From an uncultured virus (IMG/VR IMGVR_UViG_3300025280_000025) (lineage: Duplodnaviria > Heunggongvirae > Uroviricota > Caudoviricetes): a stretch of DNA of 22,679 bases. The translations under genes were made by a program, and so were the position numbers. The number at the start of each line of letters is the position of its first letter. Position 1 is the first letter of the stretch. The notes under the pieces are model-generated. The model saw nothing but the letters and a program-made list of their open reading frames with translations, searched no databases and was not told where the DNA came from. The DNA is taken from the IMG/VR virus record IMGVR_UViG_3300025280_000025. One strand, given 5' to 3'. Of this stretch, positions 1 to 8,759 are shown one piece after another.

Positions 1-2595
1 AATTTCATTCAGTGTGAAGAAATATCATGTCAAAATTTGGGTTGTCCTGGGGTTCCTCCCGGTGGGGGAGGCTCATTTCCACCTTGTGAAGAAAGGTTTC
101 CAGGTAGTGTTTGGGAAATGGGTGATAGTGATGGGGGTCTTGTATGGCAGAATCCAATGTCGGATTGTGGTCTACAAAATAATACTCCTAGATGTTGGCC
201 CGCAGAAGTTATAGATTATTATCAAAACGATGGTAATTGTTGTCGGAATGAAAATTGGAATTGTAAACCCGTAGATACAGTCACAGAATTAGGTGAAGTT
301 TTGGGACTGCCTATACCTCAAGTTTGGCAAGATGAACTGGGTTGGTCCTCTACAGGAATTATTTCGGCAACGCTTCTTCATGAACATTATCCTAACGACA
401 CTCTTTTCTCGGTAGATCTTAATTGCGCACACCGATTTTGTGATGGTAACATATTGCCTCCTTTAGATCCTGATTCCACACAAGATTGTCCAGAACCACC
501 AGAAGGGAACTGCATTAAATCTGAAACTTGTTGTCCAGAAGCTCTTTTGAGCTTCTTTTATGGTCTCGGAGTAAATTACAGCAGAAATTGTGCTAGCGAT
601 GACGTAGGCGGGAACTCGTATTATGATAGTGAACCTTGGTGTGCCAATGAGTACTATCATCACTGTGCGACACGAGATAATATATGGGATGCTCACGGAT
701 GGTATGCTCAACCGCTGTATTGGGTTGGTCATTGGGGGAACAGATGGTCTACTGAAACATCTGGCAACAAGTGTCTGATGTTAGGGCATCAAGGTCCTTG
801 TGGTTCTTGTTATTCGTCCTGTGTACTCCAAGGTTGTTTTGGAGAAGGTACAAGGTTTGTAACTGCAATTAATAGTGGGTGTCTGGAGACATTCCCTTCC
901 GTCCAAACTTTTGTAGGTTTTCCTTTCCCCTTAGTTTTAAATGGAAATGTTCTTTGTCAAAGTTTTAAGGTATGGGCAGAAGGGAGTGGAGAGTATTCTG
1001 TGCCTCCTCCTATAGATTTCTTAGCAGATAATGAAGTCGATATTGGGATTTTAACTATAACCGGATGGAACGAAGTTGACTTAATTGCTTCAGATGGTTG
1101 GTCTACCACTGATCCTCATCCCGAATCTTTGGGATATGGAACAGGTGCTGCCTATCATGATAATGGTCCACACGCGGGTATACCTAAAGGGTCAATGAAA
1201 ACACCATTCTTCATGCATCATGTGGCTTCTCCTTGGGATCTTATTTATGATAATTCAATAGACATCTTTTATGCCCATATGTGGCATGCTGGTGCCTACG
1301 GTAAAACTACTCCCCTTCAAGATCCTGAGTGGCATGAGGGAGGGATCATGATGGAAGACGGCTTTGTTGAAGTGAACGGAGGCAGTGAACCTGGGTTCTT
1401 TGGAGATCAACCTTTAACTACAAGACTTAAAACGTTATTTCCTGATACAATTGATCCCGATGATCTTGCAATGTGGTACCACGATATAGATTCTAATGCT
1501 ATATTGCATGCTGGTTCGGGAACATTCGTATATACTCTTACTGATTACACCATAGATGGTTGTTGTACAGAAGGAATCGAACAACTAACTCCTTGTACTA
1601 ATCCTATAGTTAAACCTCTTCCTGTAACTGTAACTGCTCCGTGGGTTGCCTATGCGGAAGATTCTGGTTGTGAGGATTGTACGGAGGGATACTATCTCTC
1701 TATAACAGGAACAGTAGAGCCAGCTTTCCAATCCTCCCAGTGGAATCCTTTCTGTGAACTTCATATAACTTGTGAAATAGAATTTGAGGACCTAAGGTGT
1801 AACTTTAGTGAATCTTGTGGTGTTACAACACGACCTTATAGTGAAGAATCCACTCTACAAGGTTGTTCTGATGGAGGTTCTAAAACAAAATTTTCTAGTG
1901 CTAATCCTTACTATGAAAATGTATTTACAGAGGATTCGTCTGATATCTTTGATGGGATAAAACTAACATTTAATCCTGCTCTTGTAGGTTCGGCTATATC
2001 AGGTGCTTATCCCGGAGGAATTTCATATGTAACCGCTACGGCTGAGGGTCCTGCTACAGATGGAAGTCCTTACCAAGGAGGTATAATTATTTCGTATGTC
2101 TTTGAAAATGAAGATAATCCTGTATGTTGGCAATATAAATTCAACAATAGTACCATGAGTGGGGGTTTTACAACTAATAGAGTTCAGCAATTTATTGATG
2201 CTATAAATCTTCAAACTGATGGGTCGGTTAATGCATTAGGTGTTGTAGCATCGACTCCTACAGGAGGAAATGCTAATAATATTATATGGCAAGCTATTGA
2301 AGGTGGCCCAGAAAGAATTGATGGGGGTGCAAACTTTATAGCCAAATACAAATGGTACAGGAGACAAACTTGGAAGGGAATCGCACAATTAGAATGTGAC
2401 CCTATCTCTTGTAACGAAGCAGATGGACATGGTGGCGATATAGCTTTTAACTATGAAACTACAAATTATGCTCAACGAAAAACTAGTACAATGGGATGGG
2501 TTGGTGTAGTAACATGTCCTACTTATTATAGTTGGACGATTACTTCCCAAGGGGATTCTTTTACGGCGTTATCTATGGTTTGGGAAGGTAATTAA
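1..2595 (+). CDS. 5'-truncated large Cys-rich acidic protein, putative virion surface/tail-associated protein (>=864 aa)
   Basis: Frame 1 is open from base 1 (NFIQCEEISCQNLGCPG...), so the true start is upstream of the window. About 39 Cys by hand count, rich in D/E/G/W/Y. Ends at TAA 2593-2595. Function inferred from context only. Confidence 0.6.
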   Translation, partial: NFIQCEEISCQNLGCPGVPPGGGGSFPPCEERFPGSVWEMGDSDGGLVWQNPMSDCGLQNNTPRCWPAEVIDYYQNDGNCCRNENWNCKPVDTVTELGEVLGLPIPQVWQDELGWSSTGIISATLLHEHYPNDTLFSVDLNCAHRFCDGNILPPLDPDSTQDCPEPPEGNCIKSETCCPEALLSFFYGLGVNYSRNCASDDVGGNSYYDSEPWCANEYYHHCATRDNIWDAHGWYAQPLYWVGHWGNRWSTETSGNKCLMLGHQGPCGSCYSSCVLQGCFGEGTRFVTAINSGCLETFPSVQTFVGFPFPLVLNGNVLCQSFKVWAEGSGEYSVPPPIDFLADNEVDIGILTITGWNEVDLIASDGWSTTDPHPESLGYGTGAAYHDNGPHAGIPKGSMKTPFFMHHVASPWDLIYDNSIDIFYAHMWHAGAYGKTTPLQDPEWHEGGIMMEDGFVEVNGGSEPGFFGDQPLTTRLKTLFPDTIDPDDLAMWYHDIDSNAILHAGSGTFVYTLTDYTIDGCCTEGIEQLTPCTNPIVKPLPVTVTAPWVAYAEDSGCEDCTEGYYLSITGTVEPAFQSSQWNPFCELHITCEIEFEDLRCNFSESCGVTTRPYSEESTLQGCSDGGSKTKFSSANPYYENVFTEDSSDIFDGIKLTFNPALVGSAISGAYPGGISYVTATAEGPATDGSPYQGGIIISYVFENEDNPVCWQYKFNNSTMSGGFTTNRVQQFIDAINLQTDGSVNALGVVASTPTGGNANNIIWQAIEGGPERIDGGANFIAKYKWYRRQTWKGIAQLECDPISCNEADGHGGDIAFNYETTNYAQRKTSTMGWVGVVTCPTYYSWTITSQGDSFTALSMVWEGN

Positions 2596-2600
2596 AAACT

Positions 2601-2607
2601 AAGGAGA
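2601..2607 (+). promoter_or_regulatory. Shine-Dalgarno for the 2612 gene
   Basis: AAGGAGA 4 nt upstream of ATG 2612. Confidence 0.75.
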
Positions 2608-2611
2608 CAAA

Positions 2612-3661
2612 ATGGCGACAATAAAAACTGCAGTTAAGAAACCTAGAGAATATCAAGAACCAGAAGTAGATATGTCAATGCCCGTGGCTCAGGCATTTCA
2701 AACTAAACTAACCGAATTAGACATGAAAATGTCTAGACAAATGAAAGAAGTGAACAATACGCTTCTTGCTCTTGCTACTCATATGGAGGGTTTACAATCC
2801 CCCACTCCTATGCTTCCTCCTATGGAAGAGAAGAAGTGGAATCCGAGGAAGTCTGATATGCTTCTTTGGGATAAAGATTCTAAAGGGATCTCGTGGTGGA
2901 ACCATTATAGGGGTGCAAAGATATTCCTCGTGTGCAGCGGTCCATCTCTTAATGATTTGGATCTCTCTCTCCTTGATAATCGAGGGGTCATGACGATGGC
3001 TATGAACAATTCGTGGTGCATGGTTAAACCCGATATCTGGATTGGATTCGACACTCCGGGAAGATTCCACAACCAAGGATGGATGGACCCCTCTATCATG
3101 AAGATTGTCCCGTGGCATCGTAAAGACCATAAATTGAATCATAGAGTGGGGGGTGAGATTGTAGACATGGGTATTAAGGCACAGGATGCACCTAACTGTT
3201 GGTTCTTATCTAATAATACAACCTTTAATCCCGAGACTTGGTTTACAGAAAAATCTGCTAATTGGGGGGGAGGAGTAAAAGGTATAGAACCTGAAGGCGG
3301 ATTCCGAGTAACAATGTTTGGAGCTTTGAGGACTCTTTATTATCTAGGCTTCCAAGAAGTTTACTTATTAGGGTGTGATTGGGAAATGCCTAACGATATG
3401 AATAAAGGAGCATATGCTTGGGACGAACTCAGAGAGCCCATAGTTAGAGATAAGAATAATGATATGTATCGTTGGATTGGGGAGGTTCTTGAAAAGTTAA
3501 AACCTGAGTTTGATAGATCAGGGTTCCAAATCTATAACTGCAAGGAAGATTCGAAACTGGAATTATTTCCTTTTATGTCCTATGAAGAAGCAATACAGAG
3601 GGCCACTGTGCCAGAGTTAGAAGATACTCATGGTTGGTACAGCATACCAAATAAACAATGA
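2612..3661 (+). CDS. Maf (DUF115/MptE-like) / CstII-like glycosyltransferase with N-terminal coiled coil
   Basis: KIFLVCSGPSLNDLDLSLL..TMAMNNSW..KPDIWIGFD and ALRTLYYLGFQEVYLLGCD match the GPSL and LGF/Y-x-EIYLxGxD hallmarks of Maf and GT42 sialyltransferase-like proteins. C-terminal IYNC..S.L..FP is also typical. Confidence 0.75.
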   Translation: MATIKTAVKKPREYQEPEVDMSMPVAQAFQTKLTELDMKMSRQMKEVNNTLLALATHMEGLQSPTPMLPPMEEKKWNPRKSDMLLWDKDSKGISWWNHYRGAKIFLVCSGPSLNDLDLSLLDNRGVMTMAMNNSWCMVKPDIWIGFDTPGRFHNQGWMDPSIMKIVPWHRKDHKLNHRVGGEIVDMGIKAQDAPNCWFLSNNTTFNPETWFTEKSANWGGGVKGIEPEGGFRVTMFGALRTLYYLGFQEVYLLGCDWEMPNDMNKGAYAWDELREPIVRDKNNDMYRWIGEVLEKLKPEFDRSGFQIYNCKEDSKLELFPFMSYEEAIQRATVPELEDTHGWYSIPNKQ

Positions 3662-4305
3662 GGTATATATGTACCCTATTCAAACCCCCACATGGATTTA
3701 TAGATTTTGATGCAGAATATAATCCTGAGTGGGTAAATAGGTTAAATCGTAACTTGAAGAGATGGAGCGAGAATCCACAACTTGTAGTTATTACAGACTT
3801 CGAGGAAGGATTCGAGGATGATATAGAGATATATCCTTTTAAGCATGAGGAGAGAGGATGGGTCTGCTTGATGGAGATGTTCAGACCCGAGATTATTCAG
3901 GACAGAGCACTTCTTGTTGGACTAGATACCATCATGGTAGGACCCCTTAAAGAGATAGAAGAAGCCAAGGGATTGATAGCACCACTTGATCCTATTCATC
4001 CCCCCTCTATATGTAATGCTGTTGTTGCCGTAGACAATTCAGATGTATGGGATAAGTGGGTAGATCAAAAGGAACTACACTTAAACGATCCTTTATATGA
4101 GTTGTTTGGTCAGTTTTCGGAGATGAAGTGGTTAAGGGAACATATTAGACCTAGATTGTGGGACAATATACTGCCGGGCTCGATTGTAAGTTATAAGGTA
4201 CACGTAAAGGATAGGGACTTAGGGGATGCTAGAATTGTTTACTTTCACGGTAAACCAAAGCCCAACAATTTAGATTTAGATTGGATACAGGAAAATTGGA
4301 AATGA
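3658..4305 (+). CDS. Phage GT-A fold (GT8-like) glycosyltransferase, atypical motifs
   Basis: YNPEWVNRL, VVITD, GW..MEMFRP, LLVGLDTI (DxD position) and C-terminal IVYFHGKPKP. ATGA overlap with the upstream gene. Confidence 0.75.
   Translation: MRYICTLFKPPHGFIDFDAEYNPEWVNRLNRNLKRWSENPQLVVITDFEEGFEDDIEIYPFKHEERGWVCLMEMFRPEIIQDRALLVGLDTIMVGPLKEIEEAKGLIAPLDPIHPPSICNAVVAVDNSDVWDKWVDQKELHLNDPLYELFGQFSEMKWLREHIRPRLWDNILPGSIVSYKVHVKDRDLGDARIVYFHGKPKPNNLDLDWIQENWK
4291..4305 (+). repeat. Direct repeat copy 1, GAAAATTGGAAATGA (ENWK-stop/ATG)
   Basis: 14/15 identical to 4899-4913. Confidence 0.85.
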
Positions 4306-4913
4306 ATTCTTTAAAGGATAAATTTACAAATATCGTTGAGAATAATAAGTGGTGTAGTGGAGGTGAAGAAACTCCTTGTGGTCGTGGTTCAACCCTAAGA
4401 GCCATAGAAGAGTTTAATCTAGTGGAGGTAATCTCTGACTTTATAAAGGAAAAGGAGATTAGAAGCATTGTTGATGTGGGATGTGGAGACTTTAATTGGA
4501 TGAGGTTTGTAGAACTTCATGGTGCAACCTACCTTGGATATGACATAGTAAAGAGTTTAGTTTGTGATAATAATGAGAGGCATTCTAATTTTGATGGAAC
4601 CGTTCACTTTACAGAGTGCTGCGGATTAGAATATAATTTTACCCCTGCAGATCTTCTAATTTGTAAGGATGTACTATTTCACCAGGAACTATCTGATGTA
4701 GAAAAATTTCTGGATCAGCATTTATCAAGGTTCAAATACGCATTATTTTCTCACCACCCCGACATAGACAATACGAATAGAGATATAAATAACGGATCAA
4801 GTTTTGACTTTTTAAATCTAAGTAGTCTTTTAGGTTCAAATAATATCCTTTGGAAAAAACAGGTAGATACAGTAGAAATAATAATTTTAGAAATAAGAGA
4901 GAATTGGAAATGA
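4302..4913 (+). CDS. Class I SAM-dependent methyltransferase (203 aa)
   Basis: Motif I SIVDVGCGDFNW, motif II YLGYDIV, ADLLICKDVLFH, N-terminal CGRGS. Start re-assigned to ATG 4302 (ATGA overlap). Confidence 0.85.
   Translation: MNSLKDKFTNIVENNKWCSGGEETPCGRGSTLRAIEEFNLVEVISDFIKEKEIRSIVDVGCGDFNWMRFVELHGATYLGYDIVKSLVCDNNERHSNFDGTVHFTECCGLEYNFTPADLLICKDVLFHQELSDVEKFLDQHLSRFKYALFSHHPDIDNTNRDINNGSSFDFLNLSSLLGSNNILWKKQVDTVEIIILEIRENWK
4899..4913 (+). repeat. Direct repeat copy 2, GAGAATTGGAAATGA (ENWK-stop/ATG)
   Basis: 14/15 identical to 4291-4305. Confidence 0.85.
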
Positions 4914-5401
4914 TCTCAAAACATGCAATAGTAGATAACAGAGCAAAAGCAGGAGAGGGTTGTTCTATTTGGCACTGGGTACACATAAGAGAGGAATCCA
5001 AGATAGGAGATAATGTGACGATAGGAGCCAATGCCTACATAGACCACCATGTAGAAATAGGATCCAATAGTAAGATCGGAAACGGTGCTCTTATCTACTA
5101 TCCCGCAAAGTTGGGAGAGGGTGTGTTCATAGGACCACAAGCGATGCTGATAAATGATAAGCATCCCCGAGCTATAGATGAGGAAGGTAATAAGTTAGGA
5201 GTTGATGATTGGGAGGCTTTAGGGGTTATAATAGAAAAAGGTGCCAGCATCGGAGCTGGTGCGATAATATTGCCGGGGATAAGAGTGGGGGCTTATTCAA
5301 TGATAGGAGCAGGTACAGTTGTATCAAAAGATGTACCCGCATATACTACGGTTGTAGGGGCGACACAAAGAACTATTGGAGTAGAATGTAACCATGAATG
5401 A
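4910..5401 (+). CDS. Hexapeptide-repeat (left-handed beta-helix) sugar N-acyltransferase, WlbB/WbpD/FdtC-like (163 aa)
   Basis: AIVD..A..GEGCSIWHWVHI, repeated [IV]G hexapeptides, GVFIGP..MLINDKHPRA, GASIGAGAIILPGIRVGAYSMIGAGTVVSKDVP. Start re-assigned to ATG 4910 (ATGA overlap). Confidence 0.88.
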   Translation: MISKHAIVDNRAKAGEGCSIWHWVHIREESKIGDNVTIGANAYIDHHVEIGSNSKIGNGALIYYPAKLGEGVFIGPQAMLINDKHPRAIDEEGNKLGVDDWEALGVIIEKGASIGAGAIILPGIRVGAYSMIGAGTVVSKDVPAYTTVVGATQRTIGVECNHE

Positions 5402-8400
5402 GCGAAAGTTAAACTGGAATTATCCTCTATTAAAAACAACAGAAAATAAGAGTGGTAGTAGGACTTCGGTTCCTAAGGAATCTGCTTATGAAGTGGTAGG
5501 AGCAGATTGTTCTACTAAGACAGGGATAAGACCTTTTCCGGGGTTTAAGAAGGTACATGAGTTCTCTTCTCTTGACGGTGAAGCCAATCATTCTACTTCG
5601 TCCAGAATCACAGATGTCTTTCCTATCTCTTTTAGAGTAGGAACCGATCAATATGGTTTCGGGTTTATTTATAGAGCAGTACGACCACTAGCGACTCATC
5701 TATCAGACATCTTTATAGATTTTAGGATTCTGGGATATGACAGTGGAAACTGGCAAAGAGGAGAAACTATAAAGTTGGCGGTTGCTAGTGCAGACCCAAT
5801 GGAAGTGGTATCTTTTGGTAGATATATATACACCATGGTTAAAGGTGTAGAACCTATTCTCTTCTATGTAAACTATGTTGTTCGTGCTGCTGCAACGGCT
5901 TCCTTAACGATTGCAAACGACAGTCAAATAACTCAAGGTGATACAGTAACTCTTATTCCTGCTGACGGATCCCCTACTTCTCATGTAATTACGGCTAATG
6001 ATACTCTTGAAAGTGATTCGTTTCCTTATAAATTTGATATAGGGAATGGATCTGCAGATGCTACCGAACTTAGTTTACGAACTGTTATTGATGCACAAGA
6101 TGATTATACGGCTGAAGAGGTACCTACTGATAATACTTCATGTACTGTTACTCAGACAGTACTGGGAAGTGCAGGTAATACTACAATTGTTTTATCTCTT
6201 GCCAATGCAGGATGTATTACTAAAACCAACTTCACAGGTGGTGCAGGAATCGCAGCAAGTGATTATGAAGTAGTAATTGAAGAGGATACAGGTCCGGGTC
6301 TTCAACCTAAAATTTTATCTCCAGAGGATGATACGGCTATTGGAAGTCTTCCTATTCCTGATAATGGTGCACCCGGAAATGTTCATGTGTTTGTTTCGGA
6401 AGGCATCGGATCTTATTGGGATTCTAGTCCTGCTCCTCAATTACAAACCGACCTTACAGATTTTAAGGCGGGTAACTATGCGGTTGCATATGTGTTGGAA
6501 GATCCAGATACAGGAAGAAAGACAAGTCTTTCTGAAGTAGCACAAGTAAAAGAAGAACAAATTGTTACGGCTGCTACTGGTACTATTCAACTAATAACGG
6601 ACACTAACGATAAAGACGATCTACACTCAGAATTTATTGTTATTAACGACGGTATCAATGCTGCTGTTACCTTTACTTTTGAAGGAGATTCTGCAGGGGA
6701 TACTTCAGGATCTGGTACCGCCTATACTGTAAACATTGAAGCAGCATCCACAGACGCAGAATTTGCAGACGAGTTAATGGACGCTATTAACTTAGCGAAC
6801 ACCAATAATGACTTGAAGATTACTGCTACTCGTGATGATTTTACTCTAACACTAACTCATGACGAGAATACCTTAGATGGTAACTCATTGATGTCTACCA
6901 GTGATAGTACTTTTATCAAGTTAACAGGTATGGCAGGATCTACTGAGTTGTCTCCTGCTAATATCGGTGTCGAGATAGTGTACGATGCTACTAAGTTTAG
7001 TAGGGCTTACATTTATCGTTCTGTTCGTGTACAAGATGCGGGGGGTGCTTATTCTGCATCTATCGTTCAGTTAGATCAGATCATAACTCTTAATGATTAT
7101 ATTGCTTCAGATCAAACAGGAACAGGAATTGTAGATGGTGATTATGTAAGGGCTTTCTATTACTTTACCTTAGATGACCTTGCGTTGATTTATCAAGATC
7201 CTTATACGGATCGTTCCATCTTTGATGAGAACATGCCTAAGGCTGGCACGGCTACAGAGTTTGATGGGATCTTATTGTCTTCGAATATTGAGGGTGATGG
7301 TAGCGTAGGAGTTTCTGATGAAGATAGACCCTTAGATAAGTTCCGTGGGTTGGGAGAGTTCCGTTGGTCTTCCATACGAGAAACCAGTCCCGAGTTATTC
7401 CCTCCTGAAAACTACTATGTCCCCTCTAAGATATCCAATCAAGTTATAACCTTCGAGAAGAGTGGGGGAGCAGTATTAGGGTTCGGTAATAATGTAGTCA
7501 TGCACATTACGAGAGAGACAACAGGAACTATCTCCTATCTCAAAGTGTTACCTATACATGAGGGTTATGGTCTTGTTGATAAAAAAGCAGTCAAGAGTGT
7601 TGGCCCCCATACCTTTTATGTTAATGATAAGGGTTTAAAGTCTATTGATGCTCAAGGAAGACTTGATAGCCTTCATGCCCTTGACGGGGTAATTGATGGT
7701 TGGTCGTCTAACTTTAGTGATCTTAGTATTGCTTATGACTCTCAAAGTTCTGTTCTTTTCATTTTAAATCCTACATTAAAAGAAGCAGTATTAATGTGGT
7801 TTAGTACTTCAATGATTTCTGAATTACACGATATGCCGTTTGACTTGGTAAAGACAGGACAATGGTATTCTGATCTAAGTGATGAGGATAGTGATCTTAC
7901 GGAGAGAGCATTCTTTTTACAAAACCAACCAGATGCAGGTACTGCTAATGATGATTTCGATGCGTGTCTCTGGGTAATGGATTCTAAAAGAGAGTCTGTA
8001 ATTTCTGGTGCAGCGTCTTCTGATTTTAATAATGAGAAGAGAATAACTCTATTACACCACACTGGTGATACTCGATTCAAGGTGGACTCTGCTACTAGTT
8101 CAACCGTAACGATATCAACAGATTCAACACATCATGGTGGATTGCAACCTTTATTGGTAGATACCGACGCAGAGTGGGCGGGTGCCTTTATATATATAAT
8201 TGCTTCTGCTGATGAGACGAAAATTGGGGAGAAGGCACAAATAAGAAGTATCTCGGGTCTAGTTATAACCGTTATAAATAAGAGTAGTGGATTTTCACCT
8301 GTTGCTGGTGACCGTTTAGGTCTTTCTCCAATCTATGTGAGGTGGGCGGGTTCTCTTCTTGGATACAATGATCCTCTAGATCCACAGAATCCTACTCCTT

Positions 8401-8759
8401 CAGGACTTCATGTAATTAGATTGATTGATTCCTTGTCTACTTACTTTAGTGAAGTATCGGGAGCTCCAACAACGGATACTGTAGATACTGCCGATCTGGT
8501 TTATACAGGTCTCTTGTTTGAGGGAGATTCTGATACTGCGGTTTCAGATGGTATTCCTAAGAACTTAAGCGGTACTATAGTTAAATCTATTAACGCGGGG
8601 GAGTCTACAAATTGGGTTTCGTTTGAGAAATATGGCGTTAGAGGGGTTGCTCTTTCTCCGGGAGTAGAAGTATTTTGTCCCGACCTTGATTTTAGACTTC
8701 TCTCCGTTATTATTGAAGGTAAGTTACTCCCCACTCTAAGAACTGAAAGGTCTACCTAA
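5394..8759 (+). CDS. Tail hub/nozzle-like virion protein (P22 gp10 / tail tubular B-like beta-propeller) with inserted modules, 1121 aa
   Basis: Beta-rich and acidic. Segment FRWS..SPELFP..EGYGLVDKKAVKSVGPHTFYVNDKGL..IAYD resembles gp10-like stabilisation proteins. Lies directly upstream of the helical internal-virion-like genes, as in podoviruses. Confidence 0.6.
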   Translation: MNERKLNWNYPLLKTTENKSGSRTSVPKESAYEVVGADCSTKTGIRPFPGFKKVHEFSSLDGEANHSTSSRITDVFPISFRVGTDQYGFGFIYRAVRPLATHLSDIFIDFRILGYDSGNWQRGETIKLAVASADPMEVVSFGRYIYTMVKGVEPILFYVNYVVRAAATASLTIANDSQITQGDTVTLIPADGSPTSHVITANDTLESDSFPYKFDIGNGSADATELSLRTVIDAQDDYTAEEVPTDNTSCTVTQTVLGSAGNTTIVLSLANAGCITKTNFTGGAGIAASDYEVVIEEDTGPGLQPKILSPEDDTAIGSLPIPDNGAPGNVHVFVSEGIGSYWDSSPAPQLQTDLTDFKAGNYAVAYVLEDPDTGRKTSLSEVAQVKEEQIVTAATGTIQLITDTNDKDDLHSEFIVINDGINAAVTFTFEGDSAGDTSGSGTAYTVNIEAASTDAEFADELMDAINLANTNNDLKITATRDDFTLTLTHDENTLDGNSLMSTSDSTFIKLTGMAGSTELSPANIGVEIVYDATKFSRAYIYRSVRVQDAGGAYSASIVQLDQIITLNDYIASDQTGTGIVDGDYVRAFYYFTLDDLALIYQDPYTDRSIFDENMPKAGTATEFDGILLSSNIEGDGSVGVSDEDRPLDKFRGLGEFRWSSIRETSPELFPPENYYVPSKISNQVITFEKSGGAVLGFGNNVVMHITRETTGTISYLKVLPIHEGYGLVDKKAVKSVGPHTFYVNDKGLKSIDAQGRLDSLHALDGVIDGWSSNFSDLSIAYDSQSSVLFILNPTLKEAVLMWFSTSMISELHDMPFDLVKTGQWYSDLSDEDSDLTERAFFLQNQPDAGTANDDFDACLWVMDSKRESVISGAASSDFNNEKRITLLHHTGDTRFKVDSATSSTVTISTDSTHHGGLQPLLVDTDAEWAGAFIYIIASADETKIGEKAQIRSISGLVITVINKSSGFSPVAGDRLGLSPIYVRWAGSLLGYNDPLDPQNPTPSGLHVIRLIDSLSTYFSEVSGAPTTDTVDTADLVYTGLLFEGDSDTAVSDGIPKNLSGTIVKSINAGESTNWVSFEKYGVRGVALSPGVEVFCPDLDFRLLSVIIEGKLLPTLRTERST

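Noticed and set aside
4302..4913. Methyltransferase as a DNA methyltransferase
   Set aside because: No DPPY/NPPY or PC catalytic motif; resembles small-molecule or glycan class I enzymes.
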